A stretch of DNA of 64,000 nucleotides from Gammaproteobacteria bacterium (GTDB taxonomy: Bacteria; Pseudomonadota; Gammaproteobacteria; GCA-001735895): contig JBNKUM010000115.1 in the NCBI GenBank assembly GCA_050298595.1, positions 64,001-128,000 on the forward strand, in the 5' to 3' direction. Shown here piece after piece: positions 61,244-64,000 of the stretch. Every line of letters starts with the position of its first letter. Within the stretch, counting starts at the first letter, position 1. A model generated the notes under the pieces. The model made no database searches, had not been told where the DNA came from, and was given only the letters and a program-made list of their open reading frames with translations. A program made the position numbers and the translations under genes.

Positions 61244-61738
61244 ATGCACAGACTATATTTTTTAATTCCTAGCATTGAACTCACAGAAACCATAATTGAC
61301 GAGCTTGAAAATCAGGGGGTAGCGCATAAGCATTTGCATGTTGTTGCAGCAATCACTCAAAATCTAAAGAATTTACCTGAGGCCAGTATCTGGCAGAAAA
61401 CAGAACTAGCGCATGGTCTGGAATGGGGCACCGGCATTGGTGGGACAGCAGGACTACTAGGCAGTTTACTAACGGTAGCATTTCCACCCGGTGGCATCAT
61501 TCTGGGTGGTGGTGCACTACTCATCGGTGCGGCTGCAGGCGCTGGAGTTGGCGCTGCTATGATGGGACTGATGAAAGGTCACGAGCATAATCATCAGCTA
61601 GATGATTTCAAAAAAGAGATTGATGACGGCCAGATCCTGCTGATGGTTGATATCCCTAAAGATGAAGTTGAAAGCATCAAACAAAGTATTCTGTTGCATC
61701 ATCCACAAGCCCATATCAAAGTTTCGCAACCACAATAG
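61244..61738 (+). CDS. Glycine-zipper membrane protein (DUF1269-like)
   Basis: RLYFLIP, LPEA, Gly-rich TM hairpin GGTAGLLG...GAAAGAGVGA, IDDGQILLMVDIP. Confidence 0.7.
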   Translation: MHRLYFLIPSIELTETIIDELENQGVAHKHLHVVAAITQNLKNLPEASIWQKTELAHGLEWGTGIGGTAGLLGSLLTVAFPPGGIILGGGALLIGAAAGAGVGAAMMGLMKGHEHNHQLDDFKKEIDDGQILLMVDIPKDEVESIKQSILLHHPQAHIKVSQPQ

Positions 61739-61804
61739 CGTCAGATGCTTGAAACCCTGCCTGGCAAAACGTAAGCTGGCGCATTTTCCAGGTAGCCACT
61801 GAAT

Positions 61805-62443
61805 ATGGATTTAGCAGATATCAGACGTGAATATAGTCAGGGTAAGTTAACTCGCCAGGATCTGAACGCAGATCCCATTTTGCAGTTTGACAGCTGGTTT
61901 AAGCAGGCTCTGCAAAGCGATATCAAAGACCCCAGCGCGATGAGCCTGGCGACTGCCGACCAATCGGGTGGGGTCAGTATCCGTACTGTGCTGTTAAAAA
62001 TTTATGACCAGCAGGGCTTTGTATTCTTTACTAACTATGAATCTGCCAAGGCCCGTCAAATCAGCGAAAACCCTAAGGTGGCTCTGCTATTCCCCTGGTT
62101 GAACCTGGACCGTCAGGTAAAGATTCGAGGGCGTGCAAGTCGCATTTCAACTCAGGAATCATTGAAGTATTTCATCAGCCGCCCTCGTGGCAGCCAATTG
62201 GGTGCATGGGTTTCTCAACAAAGCTCTGTCATCAGTTCCAGGGCGTTGCTAGCAGCTAAATTGCAGGAGATAAAACAGCGCTTTGCCGATGGTGATATCT
62301 CGTTACCCGAGTTTTGGGGAGGATATCGCGTAGAGCCTGAGTCGATAGAGTTCTGGCAGGGACAGCCGGATAGATTGCATGACCGGTTCAGGTACCAACG
62401 CCAGAGTGATAATAGCTGGAAAATTGAGCGACTGGCGCCCTGA
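61805..62443 (+). CDS. pdxH: Pyridoxine/pyridoxamine 5'-phosphate oxidase
   Basis: IRREY, RTVLLK, FFTNYES.K, SRPRGSQLGAWVS.QS, EFWQG..DRLHDR, ERLAP. Confidence 0.97.
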   Translation: MDLADIRREYSQGKLTRQDLNADPILQFDSWFKQALQSDIKDPSAMSLATADQSGGVSIRTVLLKIYDQQGFVFFTNYESAKARQISENPKVALLFPWLNLDRQVKIRGRASRISTQESLKYFISRPRGSQLGAWVSQQSSVISSRALLAAKLQEIKQRFADGDISLPEFWGGYRVEPESIEFWQGQPDRLHDRFRYQRQSDNSWKIERLAP

Positions 62444-62454
62444 TGATTCATTTA

Positions 62455-63798
62455 TCAATTAACCGGCAGTATTTTCAGTTGCTGAATTAACACCTGCTGA
62501 TAATCTCGAATGCGCTGAACATACTCAACCGGTTCCAGCCCTCGTGCATAGCCATATTTGAGTTTTTTGTAGTATTTCTTCTGTGACAACAGCGGTAACA
62601 ACTCTTTGACATCAACCCAGTAATCCGGATTTGTGCCTATTTCAGGAGCCAGACTCAAGGCATCACGCAAATGTGCAAACCCCACATTATATGAGGCAAG
62701 GGCTAACCATATCCGGTCCTCACCCTCAACTGACTCAGGTATTCGACCAATCATCCGCGCCATGTATTTAGCACCACCCTGAATACTCTGATGTGCATCC
62801 AGCCGACTTTTGACGCCCATTTGCCTGGCGGTATTTAACGTTAGCATCATCATACCACGCACTCCGGTAGGACTTTTAGCTTTCGCATTCCAGTGTGACT
62901 CCTGATAAGACTGCGCAGCCAGCAGAGTCCAGTCCAGTTTGTATTTAATAGCGGCTTGCTCAAATTCAGTTCGATATTTAGGCAGTGTGGTTTTGATTCT
63001 GCGAATAAATTTTCTCATATCAACATAATCAAAAATCTCCACATGGCCATAGTACTTTTCCTGTATCACTGCCAGCTGCCCACTTTCAGTAATATGATTC
63101 AACCAGTCTTCAATATAGCCTTCTAACTGTGGCCATTTTGAGTTGATAATCCAGGCCAGTGGTTGCGGCTCACTGATAGGAAAAGCGACCACCAGCTCAG
63201 GAAAGTAGCGTCGATTAATACTGACGATATTTGAATCCGCCAGCACACAGTCAATCTTCTTTTGCCACACCTGCTCCAGCAACTGCTCGGTACCCATGTC
63301 TTCGACTTCCTGCCAGCGGATACGGGGGTGCTGCTGCTTGATCTGATGCAGTAGTTCCACGTAACTGCTATCAGCTATCACCTGAATCTTTTTTCCAATC
63401 AAATCATCTATTTTACGAGGCAGGATACCATTCGAACGACGACAGACTACCTGCTGCTGTACTTCATAATACTGTGGGCCGAACAGAAAACCCTCAGCTC
63501 GACGCTTTTCAGTATCGGTCAAACCTGCCGCCGCTATATGAGCCTTACCCTGCTGCATCCAGTCCAGCACTTCTCCAATGCTATCGACAGACTCCAGTCG
63601 AAATGGGATTTTGTAGTATTCGGCAAATGACTGTATCAGATCATACTCGGGGCCCAGTAACTCATCCCTACCCTGATACCAGGTTGTTGGAGCATTGCGC
63701 GAAACCACAATAAGTTCATCGGGCAATTTAGTTTCTGGAGGTTTGTTTCCACAGGCAGCCAGTAGAAACATCAACAATAAACCTGGAAGGTAACGCAT
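62455..63798 (-). CDS. mltF: Membrane-bound lytic murein transglycosylase F
   Basis: Lipobox LLAA-C, solute-binding-like N-domain, LLAAQSYQESHW, SPTGVRGMMMLT, ASYNVG, KYGYARG.EPV.YV. Confidence 0.95.
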   Translation of the reverse strand: MRYLPGLLLMFLLAACGNKPPETKLPDELIVVSRNAPTTWYQGRDELLGPEYDLIQSFAEYYKIPFRLESVDSIGEVLDWMQQGKAHIAAAGLTDTEKRRAEGFLFGPQYYEVQQQVVCRRSNGILPRKIDDLIGKKIQVIADSSYVELLHQIKQQHPRIRWQEVEDMGTEQLLEQVWQKKIDCVLADSNIVSINRRYFPELVVAFPISEPQPLAWIINSKWPQLEGYIEDWLNHITESGQLAVIQEKYYGHVEIFDYVDMRKFIRRIKTTLPKYRTEFEQAAIKYKLDWTLLAAQSYQESHWNAKAKSPTGVRGMMMLTLNTARQMGVKSRLDAHQSIQGGAKYMARMIGRIPESVEGEDRIWLALASYNVGFAHLRDALSLAPEIGTNPDYWVDVKELLPLLSQKKYYKKLKYGYARGLEPVEYVQRIRDYQQVLIQQLKILPVN

Positions 63799-64000
63799 CA
63801 GAACTTCAATAGTTTAAGCACGGGTTGATTATTGTCTGAACGCTTTCCGAATCCAGAGAGAACTGCTACAGATTGCCCTTTAAGCTTGATTTTCAATTTT
63901 CGCGACAGGGCTTTAGCCATGCTTCCCCAGTTACTGGTTTCGTGAGTTTGCATGACTACCGGCGTCACTCCCCAGTGCAGCATCAGAATGCGGGCAGTAT
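63798..64000 (-). CDS. pyk: Pyruvate kinase C-terminal end (partial, runs off window end)
   Basis: Frame reads TARILMLHWGVTPVVM...KGQSVAVLSGFG, resembling the PK C-domain (AR.L.L.WGV.P ... G..VV..SG). Confidence 0.65.
   Translation of the reverse strand, partial: TARILMLHWGVTPVVMQTHETSNWGSMAKALSRKLKIKLKGQSVAVLSGFGKRSDNNQPVLKLLKF

Overview
A 64-kb stretch of core chromosome from a Gammaproteobacterium. Gene order (murB inside the dcw cluster, petABC-sspAB, short hisG, hprK beside ptsN) suggests a non-enteric, Chromatiales/Thiotrichales-like lineage; this is inference. In order, the window holds: the 3' end of valS; a stress/redox patch (SrkA kinase, GIY-YIG protein, USP, DoxX behind a sigmaE-type promoter, an ODP-type di-iron protein divergent from a lipoprotein c-type cytochrome); a partial glycogen locus (glgC, malQ, a kinase, glgP); the dcw cluster mraZ to ftsZ with no lpxC after it; rnpB, rsmI, lpoA, yraN; petABC-sspAB; nif3 and a DegS-like protease; murA-hisG-hisD; an Mla operon; fabA-yrbG-kdsD-kdsC-lptCAB-rpoN-hpf-ptsN-hprK-rapZ-EIIA-HPr; then mgtE, an HDOD protein, a ferritin-like protein, a glycine-zipper membrane protein, pdxH, mltF and the 3' end of pyk. 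I saw no mobile element, CRISPR array, rRNA or tRNA. The best candidate for an undescribed system is the Mla phospholipid-transport operon, mlaF-mlaE-mlaD-[TolC-family channel]-mlaC-mlaB. The TolC-like gene is translationally coupled to mlaC, sits where mlaA/vacJ lies in some other proteobacteria, and has no efflux pump or adaptor gene nearby. Secondary signals are a 44-codon uORF coupled to mgtE, a consensus CsrA/RsmA hairpin between ftsZ and glgP, FNR-like boxes at O2/iron-protein genes, and a terminator between sspA and sspB. All calls come from reading motifs and synteny; no database search was run.
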